NCBI GenBank assembly: GCA_037916085.1
Contig: JBAIYC010000456.1
Coordinates: 1 to 34,384, forward strand
Length of the DNA: 34,384 nt
Source: Nitrospirota bacterium
GTDB lineage: Bacteria; Nitrospirota; UBA9217
Reading direction: 5' to 3'
The translations under genes were made by a program, and so were the position numbers. Positions 9,498 through 17,179 of the stretch are shown here, one piece after another (within the stretch, counting starts at the first letter, position 1; each line of letters starts with the position of its first letter). The notes beneath the pieces were generated by a model. That model was not told the DNA's origin and ran no database searches. It saw only the letters and a program-made list of their open reading frames with translations.

Positions 9498-9531
9498 GCC
9501 GGCCCCGGTGGTTCGACCGGGGCCGGTTTTT
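9498..9531 (+). terminator. Intrinsic terminator-like hairpin between dsrB and dsrD
   Basis: CCGGCCCCGGT-ggttcg-ACCGGGGCCGG (11 bp perfect stem) followed by TTTTT. Confidence 0.7.
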
Positions 9532-9569
9532 GCGCTCCAGCAACCTAATCTTTCTACCAGGGGGAAATC

Positions 9570-9800
9570 ATGGACGCCCAGGAACTGCAGAACAAGATAT
9601 ACGAATATGTTCAGACGAACATGGGAAAGAAGAAGCTGAAGGCCGGGGACATCAAGAAGACGATGGTCGCTGCGGGAGCCACTGACGAAGAGGTGAAGGC
9701 CGCGATCCGAGAACTGGTCGACGGCGGCAGGCTGGTCTATTCGTACTTCGGCGGCAGCTTCATCGAAATTCCTCACAAAGAAGGTTCCGCCAATCCCTAG
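9570..9800 (+). CDS. dsrD: DsrD-like small winged-helix protein (non-canonical)
   Basis: 76 aa, directly after dsrB; DsrD-like layout (KIYEYV..GKKKLK..D...VKAAIRELVDGGRLVY) but YSYFGGSF instead of the usual YWSSGST. Confidence 0.75.
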   Translation: MDAQELQNKIYEYVQTNMGKKKLKAGDIKKTMVAAGATDEEVKAAIRELVDGGRLVYSYFGGSFIEIPHKEGSANP

Positions 9801-9802
9801 GA

Positions 9803-11197
9803 ATGGCGATTCTTCCGAGACTGGTTATCTCAGCAGTGCGGGGAGGGCTTGGCAAGACAACGCTCTCCCTCGGGATCATTGCAGCATGGCGGAGCTGGGG
9901 CAGGATTGTTGTCCCCTATAAGAAGGGTCCGGACTTCATTGATGCTGGATGGCTCGGGGCTTCGGCGGGGAGATCCTGCCATAATCTCGATCTTTTTCTG
10001 ATGGAAGAGGAGACCATCCGCAGATCCTTTGTCCGGTACAGCAGAGGGGCGGATGCGGCGGTCATCGAGGGCAACAGGGGTCTCTTTGACGGCGTCGACG
10101 AGTCGGGCGCGTACAGTACGGCGCGGCTCGCAAGGGTTCTCGGCGCTCCTGTGATTCTGATCGTCGACTGCACCAAGTCGTCCAGTACCGTCGCAGCGGT
10201 CGTGCTCGGCTGCCGGCAATTCGATACGGCAGTGACCATCGGCGGGGTCGTTCTGAACAACGTGGCGTCCGGGAGGCAGGAATCGGTCATCCGCAAGGCC
10301 ATCGCGCAGAGCAGCGGCGTCCCGGTGGTGGGTGCCGTTCCCAGACTGCGGCGGGGTGAATTCCCCGAGCGGCACATGGGGTTGACACCTTTTCATGAGC
10401 ACCCCGATGTTGAGTCCGCCATTGCCGCGTCGGCGGCAGTTGCGAAGCAGTATCTTGATCTTGATGGGCTTTGGCGAATCGCAGGGGAGGCCGCCCCGCT
10501 CCGTCCGTATCAGGATGCGGCTTGGGATCGAGAATCCGGGGACCGGCCGCTTATCGGTGTCATCCGGGACCGGGCCTTCCAGTTCTACTATCCGGAGAAC
10601 CTGGAAGCTCTCGAACGTGCAGGTGCGGATGTACTAGAGATCAATGCGCTGAGAGACCGGCTTCTTCCGGACATCGACGCGCTCTATATTGGCGGTGGTT
10701 TCCCGGAGACGCAGGCCGCAGAGCTGGCCGCCAACACGTCCTTCTGCAGTTCGCTTCGGGCCGTTGCGGAATCCGGGCTCCCGGTCTACGCGGAGTGTGG
10801 GGGGCTCATCTATCTGGGAAGGAGCCTTCGCGTCGGGGATGTGGTCCATCCCATGACATCGGTGCTTCCGGCGGATTTCATTCTGGAAAAGAGACCGCAG
10901 GCGCATGGCTACACGGTCCTTGAAGTAAGCGGTGCCAATCCGTTCTTTGACAGGAACAGCACGGTGCGGGGCCACGAGTTCCATTATTCGCGGATCGTGA
11001 ACATCGACGAATTGCCTGGCATGGTCTTTACCATGCGCCGCGGAAAAGGTATCGACGGCACCCGGGACGGAGTGGTATATAAAAACGTACTGGCGACGTA
11101 CACCCACATTCACGCCTTGGGAACGCCCCAATGGGCGGCCGCGATGGTGTCGCGTGCGAGAGTATTCCGGGAGCGGAAGATCAAGAAGGTGCAGTAA
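9803..11197 (+). CDS. dsrN: Siroheme amidase DsrN (cobyrinate a,c-diamide synthase homolog)
   Basis: GGLGKTT, KKGPDFID, IEGNRGLFDG, ERHMGL, AFQFYYPEN, GGGFPE, YAECGG, GHEFHYS; position within the dsr cluster. Confidence 0.92.
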   Translation: MAILPRLVISAVRGGLGKTTLSLGIIAAWRSWGRIVVPYKKGPDFIDAGWLGASAGRSCHNLDLFLMEEETIRRSFVRYSRGADAAVIEGNRGLFDGVDESGAYSTARLARVLGAPVILIVDCTKSSSTVAAVVLGCRQFDTAVTIGGVVLNNVASGRQESVIRKAIAQSSGVPVVGAVPRLRRGEFPERHMGLTPFHEHPDVESAIAASAAVAKQYLDLDGLWRIAGEAAPLRPYQDAAWDRESGDRPLIGVIRDRAFQFYYPENLEALERAGADVLEINALRDRLLPDIDALYIGGGFPETQAAELAANTSFCSSLRAVAESGLPVYAECGGLIYLGRSLRVGDVVHPMTSVLPADFILEKRPQAHGYTVLEVSGANPFFDRNSTVRGHEFHYSRIVNIDELPGMVFTMRRGKGIDGTRDGVVYKNVLATYTHIHALGTPQWAAAMVSRARVFRERKIKKVQ

Positions 11198-11550
11198 TGA
11201 GGGAAGAGGGAAAGTCGGCCCCTAGGTGCCCGTTCTGCGGTTCTGATCTGATGCGGCCATCGGAAATAACCGTTGGCGACGCGGAGCAATCGACAGGCGG
11301 CACCTGCTCGTGCGGGGCCCTCTTCCTGGTGGATCCGACAGGCAAAAACGTCGGCACCATGATGGCTCAGGCCCTCAACATGATGACGGAAGAGCTCAAG
11401 AAGGGCATCGGCGAACTGGTCCCTGATGAGGATTATCAGGATGCAGTCCTCAGCTACGACTGGAGGACGCACCGCTCAACGGGGGTCAGCCAAGGCTATA
11501 TGGACGGCTACGGCAGGCTCTATATCTTCAAGATCAGGAAGAACCCCTGA
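11197..11550 (+). CDS. Hypothetical protein with CxxC...CxC putative metal-binding motif
   Basis: ATG 11197 overlaps the dsrN stop (TAATG); 117 aa with CPFC and CSCG; fills the gap to dsrC. Confidence 0.8.
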   Translation: MREEGKSAPRCPFCGSDLMRPSEITVGDAEQSTGGTCSCGALFLVDPTGKNVGTMMAQALNMMTEELKKGIGELVPDEDYQDAVLSYDWRTHRSTGVSQGYMDGYGRLYIFKIRKNP

Positions 11551-11692
11551 CCGGCTGCGGCAGCGGATGCGAAGAGATGCAGCAGCATTCGGCAAGCGAC
11601 CGTATTGATCGTGCATCGATCATGCGATTGTCATTAGGACACAGAGACGCGTATGAAACGCGTCCGTGATATTTCAGAAAGGGGAAAGAAAC

Positions 11693-12028
11693 ATGGGAAC
11701 GATTACAGTAAAAGGCAAGACGATTGAAGTGGATGAGGACGGTTTCTTGGCCAACCTGGACGATTGGAACCTGGATGTGGCCAACTATTTTGCCGAGGTG
11801 GAAGGCATCGCGATGACCGAGCAGCACTGGGAAGTCGTCAACTTCCTTCGCGACTACTACAAGCAGTATCAGATCGCTCCGATGATCAAGATCCTGGTGA
11901 AGGAGATTGGCAAGAAGCTTGGTCCGGACAAGGGGAACACCAAGTACCTCTACGAGCTCTATCCGGGCGGACCGGCAAAGCAGGCCTGCAAGATCGCCGG
12001 TCTTCCGAAGCCGACCGGCTGCGTATAG
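11693..12028 (+). CDS. dsrC: Sulfur carrier DsrC
   Basis: VDEDGFL..DW, HWEVV.FLR.YY, C-terminal CKIAGLPKPTGCV with both cysteines (Cys-X10-Cys), which marks a true DsrC rather than TusE. Confidence 0.96.
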   Translation: MGTITVKGKTIEVDEDGFLANLDDWNLDVANYFAEVEGIAMTEQHWEVVNFLRDYYKQYQIAPMIKILVKEIGKKLGPDKGNTKYLYELYPGGPAKQACKIAGLPKPTGCV

Positions 12029-12151
12029 ACTTCTAAACACCTGCGTTGCTGTCATGCTTGGGGAGCGGCGTGTGCTTCTGACCCGGCTTGCGGGATTCGT
12101 CTCGGGACAGCCGCAGGGTACTCATTCATCTGTTGAGGAGGAGCTGGCAGC

Positions 12152-12337
12152 ATGATCATGGTAATGGTTGACAAGAACAAATGCGACGGCGACGGCACCT
12201 GCGTCAATGTCTGCCCCCAGCAGGTCTTCAAACTCGAGGGCAGCAAGGCGGAGCCGGTCAATATGTCCGAATGCATCAATTGCCAGACCTGTGTGGAGAA
12301 CTGCCCACAGCAGGCGATTACGGTGCAAGAGATGTAA
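12152..12337 (+). CDS. Dicluster ferredoxin (7Fe/8Fe type)
   Basis: CDGDGTCVNVCP (CxxDxxCxxxCP) and CINCQTCVENCP; GGAGGAG upstream. Confidence 0.93.
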   Translation: MIMVMVDKNKCDGDGTCVNVCPQQVFKLEGSKAEPVNMSECINCQTCVENCPQQAITVQEM

Positions 12338-12359
12338 ACAACACATGCTTCAGGCAGGA

Positions 12360-12394
12360 AGGGGATAGTTGATGAAATTATCCCCTCTTTTTTT
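12360..12394 (+). terminator. Intrinsic terminator-like hairpin after the ferredoxin
   Basis: AGGGGATAGTT-gatga-AATTATCCCCT (one G-U pair), then C and seven T. Confidence 0.7.
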
Positions 12395-12426
12395 CTCTTA
12401 ACTCACTATCGCAGGGAGGTGATTCT

Positions 12427-12726
12427 ATGAAATTGGCCGCTTTCTTGAGTGACTGGAGAAGGACGGAGGACTCGCTTGAGCGTATCAAGGCGGAGAAGCT
12501 GGGCGTGATCCTTGTCGGGAACGGGATCTACCATGCTGTGATCAAGGAAGGCGGGAAGGACTCCCCAGTGCTGTCGAAGGCAGGAGCCACTTTCTACGCG
12601 CTTTCCGATGATCTGGAGACCCGCGGATACACCGCGGCGAACGTGAATTCGAAGGTGAAGCTCATAAGCTACGGTGACATCGTCGATCTCATCATGAGCG
12701 AGTACGAGAAGACCGCGTGGCTGTAA
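12427..12726 (+). CDS. dsrH: DsrH/TusB-family sulfur relay protein
   Basis: 99 aa; ILVGNGIY, FYALSDDLETRG, ISYGDIVDL...W pattern of DsrH/TusB; no cysteine. Confidence 0.8.
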   Translation: MKLAAFLSDWRRTEDSLERIKAEKLGVILVGNGIYHAVIKEGGKDSPVLSKAGATFYALSDDLETRGYTAANVNSKVKLISYGDIVDLIMSEYEKTAWL

Positions 12727-12765
12727 TTCTTCAGGGGATACTCATTTTAGACAAGGGAGGACCAA

Positions 12766-13125
12766 ATGGCTGAACTTACGATTGGTGTTTTCTCATCCCT
12801 CGTTGGTTCCATGTCGCTTGATTTTTCTTTCAAGCTCGCCGAAGCGGCGATGGCCAAGGGCCACAAGGTGAACATGTGGCTTTCCGGAAATGCGGTGATG
12901 ATGGCAAAGAAGGGCCAGAAGGCATTCAAGGATTATTCGCACAACGAGAAACGAATGAAGGAACTCATCGGTAAGGGCATGGAGATTACGGTGTGCGAGG
13001 CCTGCGCCGAGGCAAGAGGCTATCACAAGGAAGATACGCCGGAAGGAATGAAGCGCGCCAGCATGGACTGGTATCTCGCGAAGACCGTCAAGACCGACCG
13101 TCTTTTCCACATCGGAGGTGAGTAA
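12766..13125 (+). CDS. dsrE: DsrE/TusD-family sulfurtransferase
   Basis: LAEAAMAKGHKVNMWLSGNAV; ITVCEACAEARG carries the Cys at the active-site position, within a CxxC. Confidence 0.8.
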   Translation: MAELTIGVFSSLVGSMSLDFSFKLAEAAMAKGHKVNMWLSGNAVMMAKKGQKAFKDYSHNEKRMKELIGKGMEITVCEACAEARGYHKEDTPEGMKRASMDWYLAKTVKTDRLFHIGGE

Positions 13126-13538
13126 TGGGCGCAGTCAAATTGTTGTTCGTTGTCCAGAGGCCGCCGTACAAGAGCGAGAACCCCCGTCTGGCCCTCACCC
13201 ACGCCATCGCGAGCCAGACTGCCGAGATTTACATGGATGAAGGGGATTCCGTTGTACCCACTGTCGTGCTCGTGGGCGACGGCGTGCTGAATGCGGTCAA
13301 GAATCAGCAGGCAATGAAGCTCTACGGGGTCACGAGCACCGAGAGCCACATTAAGAACAGCCTACTCATCGATATGCCGATCTGGGTCTGCAAGGAGGAT
13401 ATGGCGCGCCTGGGGCTCAAAGAAGACCAGATGATCACGGACGCCGAGGAACTGGGCGCCGAGCTCAAGACGAAGTTCGTGTCCTACGCGGATATCCAGA
13501 AGGAAATGGAGTCAGTAAAACACTTGCTGTTCTTCTAG
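13125..13538 (+). CDS. dsrF: DsrF/TusC-like (DsrE-superfamily) protein
   Basis: LLFVVQRPPYKSE, VVLVGDGV..AVKNQ, IWVCKEDMARLGL; TAATG coupling to dsrE. Confidence 0.72.
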   Translation: MGAVKLLFVVQRPPYKSENPRLALTHAIASQTAEIYMDEGDSVVPTVVLVGDGVLNAVKNQQAMKLYGVTSTESHIKNSLLIDMPIWVCKEDMARLGLKEDQMITDAEELGAELKTKFVSYADIQKEMESVKHLLFF

Positions 13539-13564
13539 CCGCAGGGGGGGAGCGGTTTCAAACG

Positions 13565-14080
13565 ATGACGCTGAAGGATGTGCTCAAACAAAAGAAACCT
13601 GCTATCGTACAGAAGTGGTTTGATGCTGCCCTGGCAAATTACCACAGGGACGCCCAGGGGCTGTTGCGGAAGACCAAAGCGCAGTTCACGAATCCCGTCG
13701 GCTTCGACCTGGCACAGGGGCTTGACGGGCTCTTCGATGCCCTCCTGCAGGGAATGATCTCTGACAATGTCTCGACGTTCCTCGATGCGATCGTCAGGAT
13801 CCGTGCGGTCCAGGATTTTGCACCATCCGAGGCACTGGCGTTCCTGCTGCGCATCAAACAGATCGTGCGGGAAGAGCTGGATCAGGAAACGCTCGCTGAG
13901 GCCCGTATCCTGGACGCATTAGCTGCGTTTGACGGCGCTGCCGACGACCTGGCTCTCTATGCCTTCGACCTGTACATGCGCTGCCGGGAGAAGATCTACG
14001 ATCTCAAGGCTCAGGAGGCGCGGAACCTGACGTACCGGCTGCTCCAGAAAGCGCAATCGATCGAAGAAAAGAAAGAATAA
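13565..14080 (+). CDS. dsrT: DsrT (RsbRD N-terminal domain protein)
   Basis: IVQKWFD...Y, FTNPVG, IVRIRAVQDFAPSEAL.F, AFDLYMRCREKIY; directly precedes dsrM. Confidence 0.92.
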   Translation: MTLKDVLKQKKPAIVQKWFDAALANYHRDAQGLLRKTKAQFTNPVGFDLAQGLDGLFDALLQGMISDNVSTFLDAIVRIRAVQDFAPSEALAFLLRIKQIVREELDQETLAEARILDALAAFDGAADDLALYAFDLYMRCREKIYDLKAQEARNLTYRLLQKAQSIEEKKE

Positions 14081-14130
14081 CGCAAGTCACGACGGCAGTA
14101 TCTTGATCTCTTACGAAACGAGGTAACGCT

Positions 14131-15126
14131 ATGAAAGCCATCGTATCATTCATTGCAGTGCTCCTGCTGGTGGCGATCGGCTACATGGGGGGGAGTGCGG
14201 GGAGCGCGACGAGGTTCCTGCTCGGCGTGGTCGTCCCGTATTCGGCGTTCGCGATCTTCGTCGTGTTCATGATCGTGCGCATCCTGAAGTGGGCCAGTTC
14301 GCCGGTGCCGTTCCGCATCCCGACCACGACGGGGCAGCAGAAATCGCTGCCGTGGATCAAGGACAGCAAGATTGAAAGTCCGTCCACGGGCCTGGGCGTC
14401 ATCGTCCGTATGGCGTTGGAGGTCCTCGCATTCCGCTCGCTCTTCCGGAACCTCAAGACACAGACATACGAGGGCGGCAGGCTCGCATATGGCGAGGCCA
14501 AGTGGCTCTGGATGGCCGGTCTGGCCTTCCACTATTCCTTCGCCATCATTCTGTTCCGCCATCTGCGGTTCTTCATCGAGAAGGTTCCTGCATCCGTCCA
14601 GCTGGTCGAGGGTCTCGACAGTTTCCTGCAGATCGGCGCGCCGCTGCTCTACCTGACCGACGTCGCTTTGCTTGCCGCAGTGACCTATCTGTTCATACGG
14701 CGCGTCGCTCTCCCGCAGGTCAAGTACATCTCGCTGATCGCCGATTATTTCCCGCTTTTCCTGATTCTCGGGATCGGCGTGACCGGTGTGCTCATGCGGT
14801 ACTTCACCAAGACCGATATCGTGAGCGTGAAGATGCTTGCCATGGGCCTGATCAGCTTCAGTCCGACTGTGCCTGAGACGATTGGCCCCATGTTCTTCAC
14901 TCACCTCCTCCTGCTCTCGGTCCTGTTCGCCTATTTCCCCTTCAGCAAGCTGGTCCACATGGGCGGCGTGTTCCTGAGCCCCACGCGGAACATGGCGAAT
15001 AACAATCGCATGAAGCGGCACATCAACCCCTGGAACTATCCGGTTCATGTCCACACCTACGAGGAGTACGAGAACGATTTCCGGGACAAGATGAAAGAAG
15101 CCGGGCTTCCGGTAGAAAAGGAGTAG
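14131..15126 (+). CDS. dsrM: DsrM membrane cytochrome b (NarI family)
   Basis: Multiple TM segments; PVPFRIPTTTGQQKSL, FRSLFRN, FHYSF..RHLRFF, YFPFSKLVHMGGVFLSPTRN. Confidence 0.96.
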   Translation: MKAIVSFIAVLLLVAIGYMGGSAGSATRFLLGVVVPYSAFAIFVVFMIVRILKWASSPVPFRIPTTTGQQKSLPWIKDSKIESPSTGLGVIVRMALEVLAFRSLFRNLKTQTYEGGRLAYGEAKWLWMAGLAFHYSFAIILFRHLRFFIEKVPASVQLVEGLDSFLQIGAPLLYLTDVALLAAVTYLFIRRVALPQVKYISLIADYFPLFLILGIGVTGVLMRYFTKTDIVSVKMLAMGLISFSPTVPETIGPMFFTHLLLLSVLFAYFPFSKLVHMGGVFLSPTRNMANNNRMKRHINPWNYPVHVHTYEEYENDFRDKMKEAGLPVEKE

Positions 15127-15128
15127 CC

Positions 15129-16748
15129 ATGTCAAAACTTCCGAAACCAGCTGAACTGGCGAAAGTGTCGTACAACGTACCGGCTACCGACTGGATGAAT
15201 ACGCCCGTCGAGTTCAAGCCCGGCATGTACTGCCACGGCTCGAAGCCCAAGAGCCTGGAGATTGTCGGATTTCCGAATCCGCGCGACTGGAGGCCTGCGG
15301 ACGCCGACTGGAAGCTCCCGGAGAACTGGAAAGAGATCATCATCGAGGGAATCGCGGACAGGCTCAAGAAGTACCGGTCTTTTCGGCTCTTCATGGACAT
15401 CTGCGTGCGCTGCGGCGCCTGCGCCGACAAGTGCCATTTCTTCATCGGCACCGGTGACCCCAAGAATATGCCGGTGCTCCGCGCCGAGCTGATCCGCTCG
15501 GTCTATCGGAAAGAGTTCACGAAGGCCGGCAAGATCCTGGGCCGGATGGCAGGGGCCCGGGACCTGACCCTCGACGTGCTCAAGGAGTGGTGGTACTACT
15601 TCTATCAGTGCACCGAATGCCGCCGCTGCTCGGTCTTCTGCCCCTACGGTATCGACCAGGCGGAGATTACCATCATCGGCCGAGAGCTGCTCAACCTGCT
15701 CGGTCTGAACATCGAGTGGATTGCGGGTCCTGTGTCGAACTGCTACATGAAGGGCAATCACCTAGGCCTCGAACCGCACACCATCGTCGGCAATCTCGAC
15801 TATATGCTGGACGACATCGAGACCGTTACCGGCAAGCGGATCAAGCCGAGCTTCAACCGAAAGGGCGCTGAGATTCTTTTCGTGACGCCGTCGGGCGACC
15901 TTTTCGCGGACCCTGGCACCTACACTTGCATGGGCTACCTCATGCTCTTTGAGGAACTGGGCCTGGACTACACCTGGAGCACCTATGCATCAGAAGGCGG
16001 GAACTTTGGTTTCTTCACCTCCAACGAGATGGGGAAACGCCTCAACGCCAAGATCTACGCGGAAGCCAAGCGGCTCGGCGTAAAATGGATCCTTGGCGGC
16101 GAGTGCGGCCACATGTGGCGCGTTCTCACGCAGTACATGGACACCTGGAACGGCCCGGCCGATTTCCTCGAGGTCCCGAAATCGCCCATAACGGGCACCG
16201 TCTTCGAGAACGCAAAGTCCATGAAGATGGTCCATGTCGCGGAATTCACCGCCGACCTGATCAGGAACAACAAGCTGAGGCTCGATAAGTCAAGGAACGA
16301 TCATCTTACGGTCACCTGGCACGATTCCTGTAACGTTGCGCGCGGCATGGGCATGCTGGAGGAGCCGCGGTATGTGCTTCGGAACGTGGTGAACAACTTC
16401 GTCGAAATGCCGGAAGACACGATTCGCGAGAAGACCTTCTGTTGCGGCAGCGGTACGGGCTTGAACGCGTCGGAGAACATGGAAATGCGCATGAAGGCCG
16501 GGTTCCCCCGGGCGAACGCGGTCAAGTTCGTCAAGGATCACTACGGTGTCAACATGCTTGCCAATGTCTGCGCCATCGACCGTGCCTCGCTCAAGGCCCT
16601 CATGGACTACTGGAATCCCGGCGTCGGCGTGTGCGGTCTGCATGAACTGGTGGCGAACGCCCTGGTCATGAAAGGGGAGAAGGAGCGTACGACCGACCTG
16701 AGAGGCGAGCCCCTTCCGTCCGCCGCTGCGAAGGAGGAAAAAGCCTAA
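15129..16748 (+). CDS. dsrK: DsrK Fe-S protein (HdrD-like)
   Basis: CVRCGACADKC, CTECRRCSVFCPYGID, ASEGGNFG, GECGHMWR, HDSCNVAR, FCCGSG, VCAIDR. Confidence 0.97.
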   Translation: MSKLPKPAELAKVSYNVPATDWMNTPVEFKPGMYCHGSKPKSLEIVGFPNPRDWRPADADWKLPENWKEIIIEGIADRLKKYRSFRLFMDICVRCGACADKCHFFIGTGDPKNMPVLRAELIRSVYRKEFTKAGKILGRMAGARDLTLDVLKEWWYYFYQCTECRRCSVFCPYGIDQAEITIIGRELLNLLGLNIEWIAGPVSNCYMKGNHLGLEPHTIVGNLDYMLDDIETVTGKRIKPSFNRKGAEILFVTPSGDLFADPGTYTCMGYLMLFEELGLDYTWSTYASEGGNFGFFTSNEMGKRLNAKIYAEAKRLGVKWILGGECGHMWRVLTQYMDTWNGPADFLEVPKSPITGTVFENAKSMKMVHVAEFTADLIRNNKLRLDKSRNDHLTVTWHDSCNVARGMGMLEEPRYVLRNVVNNFVEMPEDTIREKTFCCGSGTGLNASENMEMRMKAGFPRANAVKFVKDHYGVNMLANVCAIDRASLKALMDYWNPGVGVCGLHELVANALVMKGEKERTTDLRGEPLPSAAAKEEKA

Positions 16749-17179
16749 TGAAGATCTATAACGGTGGAACCATATTCATGCTGATCGCCGTTTTCCTGGT
16801 AATCGCCCTCTTTCCGTTCTACAACAACGTGGGGAAGGTGAATGCCAAGCCTGAGCCGAAGACGGACACCCCCGAGATCCTGAAATATCAGCAGGAGCAC
16901 GGCGGCAAGAAGGAGTGCGTCGAGTCGAAGGAATGGATGCGCGGCGAGCACATGCAACTCCTCAACCAGTGGCGCGACTCCGTGGTCCGCGACGACAACC
17001 GCGTCTATGTGAGCAACACGAACCACAATCCATTCAATATGAGCCTTCAGAACGGTTGCATGAAGTGCCACTCGAACAAGAAGAAGTTCTGCGACGAGTG
17101 CCACAACTACCTGTCGGTGAAGCCGTACTGCTGGGATTGCCACATCCAGCCCGTGGAAAAGGAGGAGGGAAAATCATGA
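16748..17179 (+). CDS. dsrJ: DsrJ triheme cytochrome c
   Basis: N-terminal hydrophobic anchor; CVE...MR.EHM.LL..WRD.VVR; three CxxCH (CMKCH, CDECH, CWDCH). Confidence 0.95.
   Translation: MKIYNGGTIFMLIAVFLVIALFPFYNNVGKVNAKPEPKTDTPEILKYQQEHGGKKECVESKEWMRGEHMQLLNQWRDSVVRDDNRVYVSNTNHNPFNMSLQNGCMKCHSNKKKFCDECHNYLSVKPYCWDCHIQPVEKEEGKS

Noticed and set aside
8449-9543. Long antisense ORFs (also 14146-15135, 17107-18093, 17945-19255, 22577-24007, 30210-31121, 32534-33421)
   Set aside because: They lie opposite well-supported genes, have no recognisable motifs, and are expected shadows of high-GC codon bias.
9803-11197. Cobalamin biosynthesis gene cbiA/cobB
   Set aside because: No other cob/cbi genes nearby; position after dsrABD indicates DsrN.
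11693-13538. Plain tusE + tusBCD tRNA 2-thiolation module
   Set aside because: DsrC retains both C-terminal cysteines, the genes are embedded in the dsr cluster, and no mnmA/tusA is present in the window; a dual role cannot be excluded.
16915-17175. N-terminal extensions of ORF-track calls (dsrO from 16915, yhaM-like from 19089, DUF2845-like from 31830, OsmC from 6608)
   Set aside because: They overlap neighbouring genes, terminators or promoters; downstream starts have RBSs and match family N-termini.
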